A stretch of 64,000 nt of DNA from Eledone cirrhosa (taxonomy: Eukaryota), in assembly GCA_964016885.1 (NCBI GenBank), contig OZ024753.1, positions 33,418,001 to 33,482,000 of the forward strand. Reading direction: 5' to 3'. Below the pieces are notes generated by a model. The model had not been told where the DNA came from. It saw only the letters and a program-made list of their open reading frames with translations, and ran no database searches. This document shows, one piece after another, positions 11,792 through 25,780 of this stretch (within the stretch, counting starts at the first letter, position 1; the number at the start of each line of letters is the position of its first letter). The position numbers were made by a program, and so were the translations under genes.

Positions 11792-11822
<31 letters not shown>

Positions 11823-11900
11823 ATATATACACATACATACATACATACATACATAAATAGTTGTCAAAATGGCAAGAGCTCAACCATTGGCCCTGACACT

Positions 11901-11938
<38 letters not shown>

Positions 11939-13064
11939 CAAGTGGAAAGTTAGTAAAATTGATGTATACATATGTATATACATAGATAGAGAGATAGATA
12001 GATGCATATGTACACATACAAACATATACATAAAATCAACCCATGCACACAATTATGTGGTATTACTGTTGCAAATAAAGAAATTGTAATGGTTTGAATC
12101 AAATCCCACTAATTAATCACTAATTAATTACTCACCTATGCTTAGAACTTTCAAAGAAAATTTATTTCTAATTATTTCATTCTAAAAATACATTATTCCG
12201 TTACCTCTTCTACTCCTTAATCGAAACAATAACAGCATGTTAATTACATATAACAGTAATCAATATCATTTAATCCTTGAATCCTCATATTAATTTCCTT
12301 CCTCCCTTTAACTGTTATCTTATCTACTCAATCTAGACTCATGTAAATTAACAACCTGAACCTTTAATTTGCTCCATTTTATAGCGTTAACTTTGCTAAA
12401 TTTGTTTTATCCATGAGATATACTCTAAGCCAACCTGTATCTAATTTATCACATTTATCGTGTTCTCTTACAATTCTCTCTCTGCATTTGCATACACACA
12501 CATATACATATATATATATATATATACACACACACAAATACATACATATACATATAACATTCTAGTTACTTTAGATATGTTCCAAGCAAGCCTGTATATC
12601 ACGTTTATTTATTTCTCAAACAGTTTCTTCTCTCACTCCTTTGTTTCTCTCTTTATATATCTTTTGCTCTCCTCAAATGTCTCTCCTTTCTGATATATGC
12701 TATCAGACCTTCCCATCTTAATGTTATTACACAACTTGCAATTCTAATCAACACTAGAGAGATAATAGAATCGGTTTTCTTGACATTCCAATTGAAGCTA
12801 TTTGTAATTGGTTGTTAATAAAACAGCAAATATAATCTCAGAATTGTTATATCAATCATTCTTACATGAAATTACATGATCTTGGCACTTTAACCCTTGT
12901 GATACCTATCTGCCTAAAACTATTTCTATCTTTGTGAAATTTGGTTCAACAAATTTCAGTTAGATTATATAAGGTCTACAATAAAATAGAAGAAAAAGAG
13001 CAAAAGACAAAATTATGTAGCCAAGGTAAAAGACAGGAGGAAGGAGCAGTAGACTATACCTCAG

Positions 13065-13360
13065 TCTTTGTGGTATATCAGAGTTATTCTCTGTAGGGGA
13101 CAGTCAGCAATGCCTGCTGCATCAGCAACTCCACCTCTGGGGGTTCCTTACTTGAGTAGGATGCACTCCTCCCAATTTTGTAGAAGAAAACAGCAGTTTA
13201 AGGACCAAGGACGCCAGAGCTATTGATGGCAGCTGGCATGAAAAGGAAGTGGTTGGTCAAGTCCGGGTATCCATTTATCTTCCGCTTCTTCCTATGATGA
13301 GTGGTAGTGCCCAGGTTTGTGGCCAAAGTGACAAAGTTGGAGGCAGAGAAAGTATCCCAG
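13065..13360 (-). mobile_element. Degraded CRE-like non-LTR retrotransposon C-terminus (restriction-like endonuclease region)
   Basis: Minus-strand translation WDTFSASNF...RKINGYPDLTNHFLFMPAAINSSGVLGP*TAVFFYKIGR...KEP resembles the CRE-clade DT.A.S...K..KY..L.....F.P.A.E..G..G motif. Confidence 0.5.
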
Positions 13361-15069
13361 ATTTATTTCATTGAGTTTATTTTTATCTAAAAACCTTCTT
13401 CTGTAATTTTATATAATTCAAGTTATTTTCCAAACACCATTATACCAGTGAGGATGTTAACTATATAACTAAATCCATCCAAATTCTAGATGATTTTTCA
13501 GAATTATAGGTATGTTTTTATCAGAAATATGATAATGAAAATATGAAACTAAATGATTTGGGCTACCATGAGTTCTTCCTGATCTCTCTCTTTATTGCTT
13601 CTTCATTTTGCTATCAGATAAAATGTGTAGGTAATGGTCAGTGCATTAATAATTATGTAATTTTTCTTATATGCTTAATTTTATAATGTTTTTTTATGGT
13701 CAAATGCCTGTCCTAAAACCAATGAGTTTAGTGTTTTTAGTGGGAGATTTTCCTTGTCACCAGCACTATCACTTTACAGGGTAGACTTGGAGATTTTTGT
13801 CATGGTATCATTACTATCTTTTACAGGATGGACTTGTGTTTTATCATGTCACCAGTGCCACCTCATTCCAACACTTGAATGATCATTCTGCCCTTGACCC
13901 AGCTGATCTTAAATCAGCTGAAGCTCACAGAGGAGATGATAAATGCATGTAATGAGTGGAAAGGTGCTATGCTGAAAAAACCCATCCAATCCATGCAAGC
14001 ATGGAAAAGCAAGTGTAAAATGATGCTAGTGATGATGATGATGATAGTATTTTTGCCATGATAAAATACATTCACTCCACTCTGTAAATTGGTTGATGTT
14101 CAGAAGGATATTTAGCTGCTGGACCCATGCCAACATTTGGAACATGAGCATGATATGGACCATTGGCTCATTGAAGATGAATAAGAACAAGCTCAAACCA
14201 TAGTGTTCCATTCAAAAACTACAAACATGGAAGGGTAACGTAAAAGGATGATGATAATGATGATGATTATAATAATAATCATACTTCCAGCAATGATCCT
14301 CAAGACAAAAATGATTTCTTTGGATGAATATTTCGTTTTGGTTTCTGTATAATGGTTTGCAAGATGAAGTACTTTAGGAATTTTTGTGATTATATTATAG
14401 CATTTTATCTCTTGTAAAATTCTAAAGAATGAATATTTTCTCATTATAGATTAACAACAAATGTTTAAAGACCATACACTCTAAAGGTAATGCATCTTTA
14501 AATACAACAGTGTATAAAGAATTCAGAATTCCTTTTCTTTCCCATTTTCCTTCAATCTTCACCTCCATAACAAATCATGGTAGTTTCTTAAGCCTTCACG
14601 CAAGCTGCAAAAAATGGTTCACAAGGATTTAAACTTCAGTTCAGAATGTGACAGCCTTATATTGAAACACAATCAGGTTTGAACTATGATCTTCATTTGA
14701 CAGATTAAACATTTCTATTCCTTAAATCTGTTGAAGCAGCATTAGCATTTCCTGACATAACAAATCTTTATAAACACTCTGATCTTTCTCCTTGCTGTTG
14801 CTTCTATTCATTATCTATTCTTCTTAATTCCATGCAGTATCCTATGTGAGGAGAGTATTTGCTTGAAATGTTTGGTATTCTACTTAATTGCAGAACAAAT
14901 TTTACACTAAACAAACAAAATCAAGGATCATTGCAATCAACGATAAAATATTTACTGTTAGAAGACAAAACAGCAAATGTCAAAAACAGACAACCAGAGA
15001 TTGGTTATTGTTATTTAACCTTCTTTTTACCAGCTGTCTCCCATCTTATACTCTTTGTTCAGTTTCAAT

Positions 15070-15322
15070 GTCTCGGTTGTTAGCTGTCAGGACACTGCAT
15101 CCTTGAAAACTTCCAAGCCTCCTGAAATTCGTCAACACTACACCTGATATTCCCGCTCCATACACACGCACTCATGTGTATGTATGTCTGTGTGAATATC
15201 ATGACTCATACACTGTTCACTTTCCTGACATTTGTACATTATTCTATGTACTATATATGCACCTTTAATAAGTTGTAGTGCACCCGAGCACTGTACACAA
15301 TAATTTTCATTATTATTATTAT
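15070..15322 (+). mobile_element. CR1/L2-group LINE 3' end
   Basis: ORF end ..SVVSCQDTASLKTS.PPEIRQHYT*, 3' UTR hairpin gtgcacccgagcac, (ATT)n tail. Confidence 0.6.
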
Positions 15323-15536
15323 TCCTTTATTTTTGTCTGTTCACTTTTGCCATCGCTCTACCCTTTGATTAATTACTCATCATTTTACGTCCGCTTTTCC
15401 CTGCTTGCAAGGGTGGAACGCTGATAAAACCCTACAGCCCTTGTCCTTCACTTGTATTCAACTCAGAATATAATCAGCAACAGGCATGGTAAAGAAATAC
15501 AAACAGTATTTATATTTCATTATATAAACACACTTG

Positions 15537-15627
15537 GGTGACTTTGCCTTTCATCCTTACGGAGTCGATAAAATAAATACCAGTAATGCACTGGGTAATT
15601 ACTGGCCTTGTGCCTAAAGTAGAAACA
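15537..15627 (+). mobile_element. 5'-truncated SINE S2
   Basis: 18-bp TSD attatataaacacacttg at 15519-15536 and 15628-15645. Confidence 0.85.
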
Positions 15628-16384
15628 ATTATATAAACACACTTGAAAATATAATACAGTTACTTTTGGTAATAAACTTGATTATGATTTTGCAAAGCAA
15701 TACACAGACTCCTGTAGTTATAACACAATAGGAAACAATTTTGAAGGGGAATGGAAAGGAATTATGGAAATGGTGAAACATTCAACATGAAGGTATAATG
15801 TACACACCCATCCATTTCTCCATCTCAGACTATCCTATAAATCTGTTCCTCTATCATATTTATACTCATATTCTTACTTCTTGGTCAGCACACCTTTTGT
15901 CATACTTACAATGAAGGAATGAAGATAACTTGGAGTGGTGGTACCAAGATAAAATGCTCTCAGTACTCTCTAAAAAGTAGTTGGCAGTTAAACAGCAACA
16001 GCATTGGGTACAGAATTCTCCTCAATCATGTTAAGGACATAACTTCTCCAGTGTTAGTGCCATGATATAATGTACTCAGTGTATAAGTGCCTAGTGTTAG
16101 AAAAGGCATCGAGCTGTAGAAATCATTTAAAAAAGGGGAATGTACAAATAAGGTATAGTTTTCAAAACCATCTAGGAGAGCAGTATCCGCAAATAAAAAC
16201 AACATACACAAACCATGTCACTGTAGAATACTGATGTAAAGGGACAATCAATATATATATATATATATAAATATATATATTCGAGTGCTTCAAACGGCAC
16301 ACCACCTGTAACTATCGTTACACACTTTAATATATATATATCATCATTACAGTTTTACATCCATTTTCAACACTAGCATGGGTT

Positions 16385-16423
<39 letters not shown>

Positions 16424-16787
16424 CACACACACACTCATGATAGGCTTCTGGGAACCAAATTCCACTCCCAAGGGACTAGTTGGTTCACATTGAAAATAAA
16501 CTGCACAAGATTCTGCATAGCAAGGTCAAACCAAGTATCTCTTGGTTGCCAATATAACTTATTGGTGTCAAATAAAAATCAACAATTTATCTTTAAAAAA
16601 ATGTTTGTTGCCTATAAAAGAGAAAAATCGTTACTGTTTCCAAGAATTGGCAAATATCTTCAGGGGGAAATTAAAGAAAAAGAAAATTCAAATTTTCAAT
16701 TTAAAAGTAAATTTTTTATTTTCTAAAAAAATATATTCTACTGCATTGTCAATACCATGTACATAGGATACAGAATTATAAAACTGA

Positions 16788-16845
<58 letters not shown>

Positions 16846-16913
16846 ATATGTACATATATATATATACATATACATATATATATACATAAACATATATACA
16901 TATACATAAACAT

Positions 16914-18112
16914 AGTGCAGGGCAATAAAGATAGACGGTAGCCACGGAGTAGGCAGACCCAGAAAAACCTGGGACGAGCTGATAAATTCCGACCTCACAC
17001 ACTTACACCTCTCCAAGACAATGTCACTGGACCGAGACCTTTGGCGGTACTCAGTAATAGAGAAGACCCGCCTTACCTAAATACAAAGTAAAACCTACAA
17101 CAGTCAGTAGGCATCTCTAACAAAATACACCCCCGTCCCACCACCCCCACCCTATCCACACCGCCCCTTTCAATGTAAAGTTATGTTGGTGCCACAACAT
17201 CCAGGCCGAAACAAATGAGATCGTGTAGGTGTCACGACAAAAAAAAACACAGTCCACGCTGTAATGTGGCCGTGTAGGCAACACGGTAAAAACCTCCCAG
17301 CCCCACACTGTAAATGTGGTTGGTGTTAGGAAGGGCATCCAGCTGTAGAAAACCCGCCAGACAGTCCACGCTGTAATGTGGCCGTGTAGGTAACACGGTA
17401 AAAACCTCCCAGCCCCACACTGTAAATGTGGTTGGTGTTAGGAAGGGCATCCAGCTGTAGAAAACCCACCAGACAGTCCACGCTGTAATGTGGCCGTGTA
17501 GGTAACACGGTAAAAACCTCCCAGCCCCACACTGTAAATGTGGTTGGTGTTAGGAAGGGCATCCAGCCGTAGAAAACCCGCCAGACAGTCCACGCTGTAA
17601 TGTGGCCGTGTAGGTAACACGGTAAAAACCTCCCAGCCCCACACTGTAAATGTGGTTGGTGTTAGGAAGGGCATCCAGCCGTAGAAAACCCGCCAGACAG
17701 TCCACGCTGTAATGTGGCCGTGTAGGTAACATGGTAAAAACCTCCCAGCCCCACACTGTAAATGTGGTTGGTGTTAGGAAGGGCATCCAGCTGTAGAAAA
17801 CCCGCCAGACAGTCCACGCTGTAATGTGGCCGTGTAGGTAACACGGTAAAAACCTCCCAGCCCCACACTGTAAATGTGGTTGGTGTTAGGAAGGGCATCC
17901 AGCTGTAGAAAACCCGCCAGACAGTCCACGCTGTAATGTGGCCGTGTAGGTAACACGGTAAAAACCTCCCAGCCCCACACTGTAAATGTGGTTGGTGTTA
18001 GGAAGGGCATCCAGCCGTAGAAAACCCGCCAGACAGTCCACGCTGTAATGTGGCCGTGTAGGTAACATGGTAAAAACCTCCCAGCCCCACACTGTAAATG
18101 TGGTTGGTGTTA
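16914..18112 (+). mobile_element. RTE family A 3' fragment with tandemly amplified 3' UTR
   Basis: CRAIKIDGSHGVGRPRKTWDELINSD...EKTRLT* then a 3' UTR matching 33475-33875; ends in the 112-bp array. Confidence 0.9.
17249..18112 (+). repeat. 112-bp tandem repeat, ~7.7 copies
   Basis: acagtcc recurs at 17249, 17361, ... 18033; the ORF track shows the 112-bp period. Confidence 0.95.
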
Positions 18113-18461
18113 TATATATATATATATACACACTATATATATATAGTTGGGTAAATATAATCCCATATATATATATATATACCCACACCTGCATAAATAC
18201 ATGTATACATACATATATCCGCGCAAATATTTTGGCAATGTGTTTGCTGAGATGCTTTGTTTCTGAGAACAATCTGAAACAATCATTATTATTATTATTG
18301 TTGTTATATTTTCCAATATCAACACTCCCACCCATCATTATCGTTGCCATAATCATCATCACCACCATCATGAAAATAACTATTATTGCTATCATTACTC
18401 TCCTCGCCACCACCATATAATTATCATGATCATCAAATATATACACATATATGTATACATA

Positions 18462-18529
<68 letters not shown>

Positions 18530-18581
18530 CATATATATATATACACACACAGACATACATACACATATGTATATATACATT

Positions 18582-18621
<40 letters not shown>

Positions 18622-18754
18622 TTCATTCAGACACACACACGCACACATATAGATACATATATTCATTCAGACACACACACATACATACATACATATATAC
18701 ATATATTCATTCAGACACACACACACACACACATACATACCTATATATATATAT

Positions 18755-18785
<31 letters not shown>

Positions 18786-19392
18786 CATACATACATACAA
18801 ATATATATATATATATATAGTAAAGGTGCAAATGAATAAAAAAAAACGAAATACATGGGATGAATGAGCAAAAATATCTATCTACAGATACACACACAAA
18901 TATACACACACAAATATATATATATATATATATGTTGTTTTATTAAAGCAAACACTTATTTCTAACATTGTGTTAAATAAATAAAAAAATATGAATAGAA
19001 AGCAATTACAGCCAAAATATAGAAAAATAAAAGCTAAAAATATCTGAGAATATTGGCAATAAAAATATTATTTTTTTGGTGACAAATCATGAAAAAATAT
19101 GAAATCCACTATTATTTTCATATCAGCTCTTTTCACAGTTGTAGGAGAAAAAATATAATGAACAAAGATTAATAAAACAGGAAATTCTCTCTGTTAGTGC
19201 CAATTTTTGTGGCTTCAGGCAGTAAAGCACTGTTTTAATATGTATCTGTGTGTGTGTGTATGTCTATGTGCTTGTGTGTATGTGTGATTGTCTGGTTTGT
19301 GTATGCATGTGTGTGTATATGCTGTCATATGCTCAATCTACTCTTTATGTTGACAGTGAAATAGATATTGTTTTTGTTGTTTCAATGTGTGT

Positions 19393-20580
19393 AAACGTTT
19401 AACGTTATCTTCCACGCTAGCATGGGTTAGACAGGAGTTGTCCCACTTGAGGCAAGATTGATTGGGTGACCATGTCTCGCTCGTATAGGACTATCTGGTT
19501 TTCTACAGCTGGATGCCCTTCCTAACACCAACCACATTTACAGTGTGGACTGGGAGCTTTTTACTGTGTTACCTACACGGCCACATTACAGCGGGGACTG
19601 TGTTTTTTTGCCGGGACACCTACACGACCTCAATATTTTAGACTAGATGTGGTACCAACATAACTTTACAGAGAAAGTGTGGTGTTGGTGAGAGTGGGAG
19701 GATGGAGTAGGAGTAGTGGGTTGGGGTAGATATTTGGTTAAGAGGTGCCTACTGACTGTAGGTTTCGCTTTGTACATAGGGAAGGCAGGTCTTCTGTATT
19801 ACTGAGTAGCGCGAAGATCTCAGTCCAGTGACATTGTCTTAGAGAAGTGCAAGTGTGTAAGGTCGGAATTTATCAAATCGTCCCAGGTTTTTCTGGGTCT
19901 ACCTACTCCGTAATTTCCATCAATTTTGATCGCCCTGCACTTTTTTATACAGCTGTCGTCTTTCATGCACATCACCTGACCATACCAACGTAGTCTTCTC
20001 TCAAGTAAACAGCATCTGATCCCTCTTATTCCTAATTTCTCACTTAGTTGCCGTTCGCGTATTACACATCCCACGTAGCATGCATGCTTCATTCCTTTCC
20101 AGTTTGCGCAGGTCCTCTACACACAATGCCCCAGTCTCACTGCCATGTAACCTTGCTGTTCGTATACAGGCATCATACAATCTGCCTTTCATTTTTAGAG
20201 AGAAACCTTTTGTGGCCAACAGTGGTATAAGCTCTCTGAACTTTTTCCATCCCGTTCTGACTCTGGTTACTGAACTTTCAGAGCACCCTCCACCACTGCT
20301 GATTTTGTCACCCAGGTAACAGAAACTGTCCACTATTTCTATAGAACCATCTGGGCAATAGAAGAAACTAATATCCTGTGGGCAATTACTACTTATTGCA
20401 CCTGAGCATCGGCTACATATAAAATCTACGTTCTTGGATAGCTTACCTGTGATCCCACTACATCTTTTATGTACCCATACCTACACACTGAGCATGGCCA
20501 TTTCCCTGAGGGCACCTGTGCCCTATTTTCCTTTCTACATACTAGAACTTTAGTCCTAGACAAGTTAACTTTAAGGCCTA
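19393..20580 (-). mobile_element. RTE family A-related older copy (frameshifts and deletions)
   Basis: GLKVNLSRTKVLVCRKEN..GKWPCSVCR; DSFCYLGDKISSGGGCSES; RRLRWYG; GRPRKTW; same 3' UTR architecture. Confidence 0.9.
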
Positions 20581-20597
20581 TATACATATATATATAT

Positions 20598-20760
20598 ATG
20601 AGAATTTGCAGTGCAAAGACAGTGGGGGGGGGGCACAATGATGGTAGTACTCAATGCATGGGAAGGAGCAGAGTGGGTATAAATGAAGATATAAATCTGA
20701 CCGAGAGACGTAGCTGGTTGACCTTCGATGTAACAAGCTTTCCTCGGATTGGAAAACATT
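20598..20760 (-). mobile_element. Penelope-like 3' end fragment
   Basis: Shares tail motifs tacccactct and attgagtact with H1/H2; abuts (TA)n. Confidence 0.4.
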
Positions 20761-21137
20761 TTTTCTACTGATGCTCTTGTGACTGTATAAGTAGTTAATG
20801 TGAATCTTATATGTTGTGCTGGTCATAGTTTTTGGCAAGGGTTTTCTGTCTGGATGCCCTTCCTATAAATCACTACAATGTGTAGTGGATGTATTTTATC
20901 ATGCCACCAGCACTAGATAGATTGTCTGACCAAACTGAAGAGTCCTATCTACCCGGTGTCAGTCTTAATCTAATGTGACTGCTCTCTTAGATGGGTTGCC
21001 ATCTTTAAAGTGTGCAGAGTCCACATCTGCCCCATGCAGTCTTTATTTGGGCTGACTGCTATTCCAGAGGGGCTGCCTTTTCCACAGCTTACAGAACCCA
21101 TGTCTATGCCATGCAGCTATATGAGTTTAAGAAAGAA

Positions 21138-21285
21138 AGAGGGAGATAGACAGAGAGGAAGAGGGAGATAGACAGAGAGGAAGAGGGAGATAGACAGAGA
21201 GGAAGGTGGTGGAGATAGACAGAGAGGAAGAGGGAGATAGACAGAGAGGAAGGTGGTGGAGATAGACAGAGAGGAAGGTGGTGGA
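21138..21285. repeat. Purine-rich 22-25-bp minisatellite (gagggagatagacagagaggaa)
   Basis: About 6 copies. Confidence 0.85.
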
Positions 21286-21358
21286 AAAAGAGATAGTGGG
21301 TAAAATATAATAGAAATCAGACAGATTGTTGAATCATGAGAACTTTCAGTTTATATAT

Positions 21359-21759
21359 ATCATCATCATCATTTTACGTCCGCTTTTCTCTGCTTGCAAG
21401 GGTGGGACGGGTCTTATTCAGCACAGCATCTCTCCACTCGTCATCTCCACCGTGAGCTTCAATGATCTGAGGTCTGTTCTCACCACCTCCGCCCATGTTT
21501 TTCGTGGTCTACTCTACCACGTCTTCCTTCAACTGGCAATTCCTGGCACTTCTTCACCCATCGGTTATCCTCCATACCACCTCAGTCTCCTCTCCCGTAC
21601 ACTACATTCTATCCCTCTCAGACACAGTTTCTCTCTCAACACATTTATGCTGGGTCGTTCACGCACATTTACACTGCACATCCAACGGAGCATGCTTGCC
21701 TCATTTCTCTCCAGCCATCGCATATCCTCTGCAGTTGCTGCCCATGTCTCACTACCACT
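21359..21759 (-). mobile_element. RTE family B 3' fragment
   Basis: Reverse complement of 50510-50946 with small deletions; (TGA)n tail. Confidence 0.9.
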
Positions 21760-21774
21760 ATATATATATATATA

Positions 21775-22001
21775 GTGGTAAAAAACCAGGTGGCTATAGC
21801 CATAGTAAGTACAACACTCAGTCTAGTATAGAGTTAATTCCACAACAAATTAGCAAACCATATTTGAGGACGCATATTTCACGAAGTGGATTTTCAACCT
21901 GTGTATGGCTATGGTGAGAATGCAGCCATACATGTGTTGAAAATCTGCTTGGTAAAAAGCGTGCGTCCTCAAGTAGAGTCTGCTAATTTGTAGAACTAAC
22001 T
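21775..22001 (-). mobile_element. Fold-back element family H3
   Basis: Arms ~21832-21910/21924-22001 plus tail ending ttaccac|(TA)n; related half copy at 37559-37712. Confidence 0.6.
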
Positions 22002-22059
22002 ATATATATCTAAAGTAGAAGACTAGTAGGCTATATCTGTAGTAGTAGTAGAGCACTTA

Positions 22060-22247
22060 GGTAGAAGTTGTTCCACAACTGTTAATTCACCATTCCCAAG
22101 AACAATCGTTTCACCTTAGTTGGATCATCAGCTCGATTTAAATGAGATTAGGCATATAATCTTATTTAAACCTAATATGATCCGACTAAGGTTAAACGAT
22201 TGTTCTTGGAAATGGTGAATTAACAGTTGTGGAACTACTACTACTAC
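22060..22247 (-). mobile_element. Fold-back element with minimal hammerhead motif
   Basis: Arms ~22070-22128/22178-22235; minus strand tcgag-CTGATGA-tCCaactaaGGt-GAAAC gatt GTT-cttgg. Confidence 0.6.
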
Positions 22248-22295
22248 ATATATATATCATCATTTTACGTCTGCTTTTCCCTGCTTGCAAGGGTG

Positions 22296-22338
<43 letters not shown>

Positions 22339-22339
22339 C

Positions 22340-22515
22340 AGGGTAACAAATTATTGTTATAGGTGGACCCGTTAGGTGTAGTCCAGTTATGGTACTCCGG
22401 GTAGTGAAATAAGCAGGTAGCGATCTCTACACCTACCAGTTCAGAGAAACAATTGTCAGCAATGAGATTAAAAACCTTTTTTGTATAGCAAACTGTCACT
22501 CTTCTTTCCTGATTT
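22340..22515 (+). mobile_element. Penelope-like 3' end fragment
   Basis: GAAAC-aatt-GTC palindromic stem III half-motif, then a tail into TA. Confidence 0.35.
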
Positions 22516-22520
22516 ATATA

Positions 22521-23487
22521 ATAGAAATAGTGGACAGCTTCCGTTACCTGGGTGACAAAATCAGCAGTGGGGGAGGGTGCTCTGAAAGTACAATAGCTAG
22601 AGTCAGAACTGGATGGAAAAAGTTCAGAGAGCTTATACCACTATTAGCCGCTAAAGGGTTCTCCCTTAAAAATGAAAGGCAGGTTGTATGATGCCTGCAT
22701 ACGAACAGCAATGTTGCATGGCAGTGAGACCTGGGCATTGTGTGCGGAGGATATATGCAGACTAGAGAGGAACGAAGCTTGCATGCTCCGCTGGATGTGT
22801 AATAGTAATATACGTGAACGGCAAAGCATAAACGAACTAAGGAACAAATTAGAAATAAGAGGGATCAGATGTTGTTTACTCGAGAGAAGGCTACGTTGGT
22901 ATGGACACATGATGCGCATGAAAGACGATAGCTGTATAACAAAGTGCATGGTAATAAAGATAGACGGTAGCCACGGAATAGGCAGACCCAGAAAAACCTG
23001 GGACGAGCTGATAAACTCCGACCTCACACACACCTCTCCAAGACAATGTCACTGGACCAAGACTTTTAGCGGTACTCAGTAATAGAGAAGACTCGCCTTA
23101 CCTAAATACATAGTAAAACCTACTACAGTCAGTAGGCATCTCTAACAAAATACACCCCCGTCCCACCACCCCCACCCCATCCACACCACCCCCTTCTATG
23201 TAAAGTTATGTTGGTGCCACACCATCCAGGCCGAAACAAATGAGATCGTGTAGGTGTCACGACAAAAAAACACACAGTCCACGCTGTAATGTGGCCGTGT
23301 AGGCAACACGGTAAAAACCTCCCAGACCCACACTGTAAATGTGGTTGGTGTTAGGAAGGGCATCCAACTGTAGAAAACCTGCCAGACAGTCCTATGCGAG
23401 CAAGACAATCACTCTTGCCTCAAGTGGGAAAACCCCCGTCCAAACCCATGCAAGCGTGGAACACGGACGTTAAACGTTGATGATGAT
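22521..23487 (+). mobile_element. RTE family A, 5'-truncated copy
   Basis: IEIVDSFRYLGDKISSGGG...MKGRLYDACIRTAMLHGSETW...GRPRKTW; full 3' UTR and (TGA)n tail. Confidence 0.95.
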
Positions 23488-24314
23488 ATATATGTATATA
23501 TATATATATACACAGACATACACCCAGTTATGGTGATTTTATAATGAGGTGAATATTACAGTTTCAATTTACTGTCACTTTTAATAGTTATGTCTATTTC
23601 AGGCAAGAACACAAATTTCCTATCATATACACACTCAGAATATACAATAATGTATATCCTGAGTATATATATATAATAATTGTTATAGCAATTATGCCCA
23701 CATTGAGCACAAAAATATACTTTGTATATTGACTCTCCCAAAGGCACCGATTTCACTTGATACTATTTTTCAATAAAATAACATTCTGAAAATAAAATAT
23801 CAATTTATTTTACTGTTTAAGAGGAGAATTCCAAGATTTAAACATAAATTGTGTATTTTATCCGTTTCGATGTTTATATTTTCAAGTGGTCTTTCAAATT
23901 AAAGATATTTCTGATATAAAAAGCGAAAACAATTACACAAACTAAACTAGCAAATACTTCAAGTTGACACAACAAACCATTGAATTCTTTACATTTCAGA
24001 AATTTATTCATCACATAATTTTCAGAGTTTCTATTAAAGTTTCAATGAGGATACATGATAGAATATTGAACTATATATTTCTCTCCCTTTATATTACTCC
24101 TTTCTGTATATATTCAACAATACATACATATACAGTAATGTACTGGCTACGTTGCCCAATGGCAAGATGGCCCCCAGGGTGGGATTTCAGATCCAAATAA
24201 TTGGCGCTAAAAAAATATATATATAAAGTCTAAGATGCAGAACAAACATTTAAAAAAAAAAAAAAAACAATTTTGCCATTGGACGACCTGACAACCAAGC
24301 CAGTCCACCACTAC

Positions 24315-24355
<41 letters not shown>

Positions 24356-24359
24356 GTAT

Positions 24360-24442
24360 AATTGTTTCTACTTTAGTCACAATTACCCATTGCATTACTG
24401 GTACTGTATTTTATCGACCCCATAAGGATGAAAGGCAAAGTA
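24360..24442 (-). mobile_element. SINE S2 3' half, truncated by AT satellite
   Basis: attgtttctac...ttatcgaccccataaggatgaaaggcaaagt. Confidence 0.75.
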
Positions 24443-24444
24443 AC

Positions 24445-25780
24445 ATATAATGTATATATATATATATAATGTATATATATATATATATAATGTATATATA
24501 TATATATATATAATGTATATATATATATATATAATGTATATATATATATATATATAATGTATATATATATATATATATATAATGTATATATATATATATA
24601 TATAATGTATATATATATATATATAATGTATATATATATATATATAATGTATATATATATATATATAATGTATATATATATATATATAATGTATATATAT
24701 ATATATAATGTATATATATATATATATATAATGTATATATATATATATATATAATGTATATATATATATATAATGTATATATATATATATATAATGTATA
24801 TATATATATATATAATGTATATATATATATATATAATGTATATATATATATATATAATGTATATATATATATATATAATGTATATATATATATATATAAT
24901 GTATATATATATATATATATAATGTATATATATAATGTATATATATATATAATGTATATATATATATATAATATGTATATATATATATAATAAATATATA
25001 TATATATATATAATAAATATATATATATATATAATAAATATATATAATAAATATATATATATATATATAATAAATATATATATATATATATAATAAATAT
25101 ATATATATATATATAATAAATATATATATATATATATAATAAATATATATATATATATATAATAAATATATATATATATATATATAATAAATATATATAT
25201 ATATATAATAAATATATATATATATAATAAATATATATATATATATAATAAATATATATATATATATAATAAATATATATATATATATAATAAATATATA
25301 ATAAATATATATATATATATAATAAATATATATATATATATAATAAATATATATATATATATAATAAATATATATATATATATAATAAATATATATATAT
25401 ATATATATATATAATAAATATATATATATATATATATATATAATAAATATATATATAATAAATATATATATAATAAATATATATATAATAAATATATATA
25501 TAATAAATATATATATAATAAATATATATATAATAAATAATAAATATATATTTAATAAATATATATTTAATAAATATATATTTAATAAATATATATATAA
25601 TAAATATATATATAATAAATATATATATAATAAATATATATATAATAAATATATATATAATAAATATATATATAATAAATATATATATAATAAATATATA
25701 TATAATAAATATATATATAATAAATATATATACATGTAATAAACATATATACATGTAATAAACATATATACATGTAATAA
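24445..25780. repeat. AT-rich minisatellite in blocks: (TA)n-ATG, (TA)n-ATAAA, then acatgtaataaacatat
   Basis: Direct inspection; source of the spurious 482/458-aa I/Y ORFs. Confidence 0.95.

Noticed and set aside
23700-23797. Strong minus-strand splice acceptor
   Set aside because: All three downstream frames stop within ~35 nt; no coding exon supportable.
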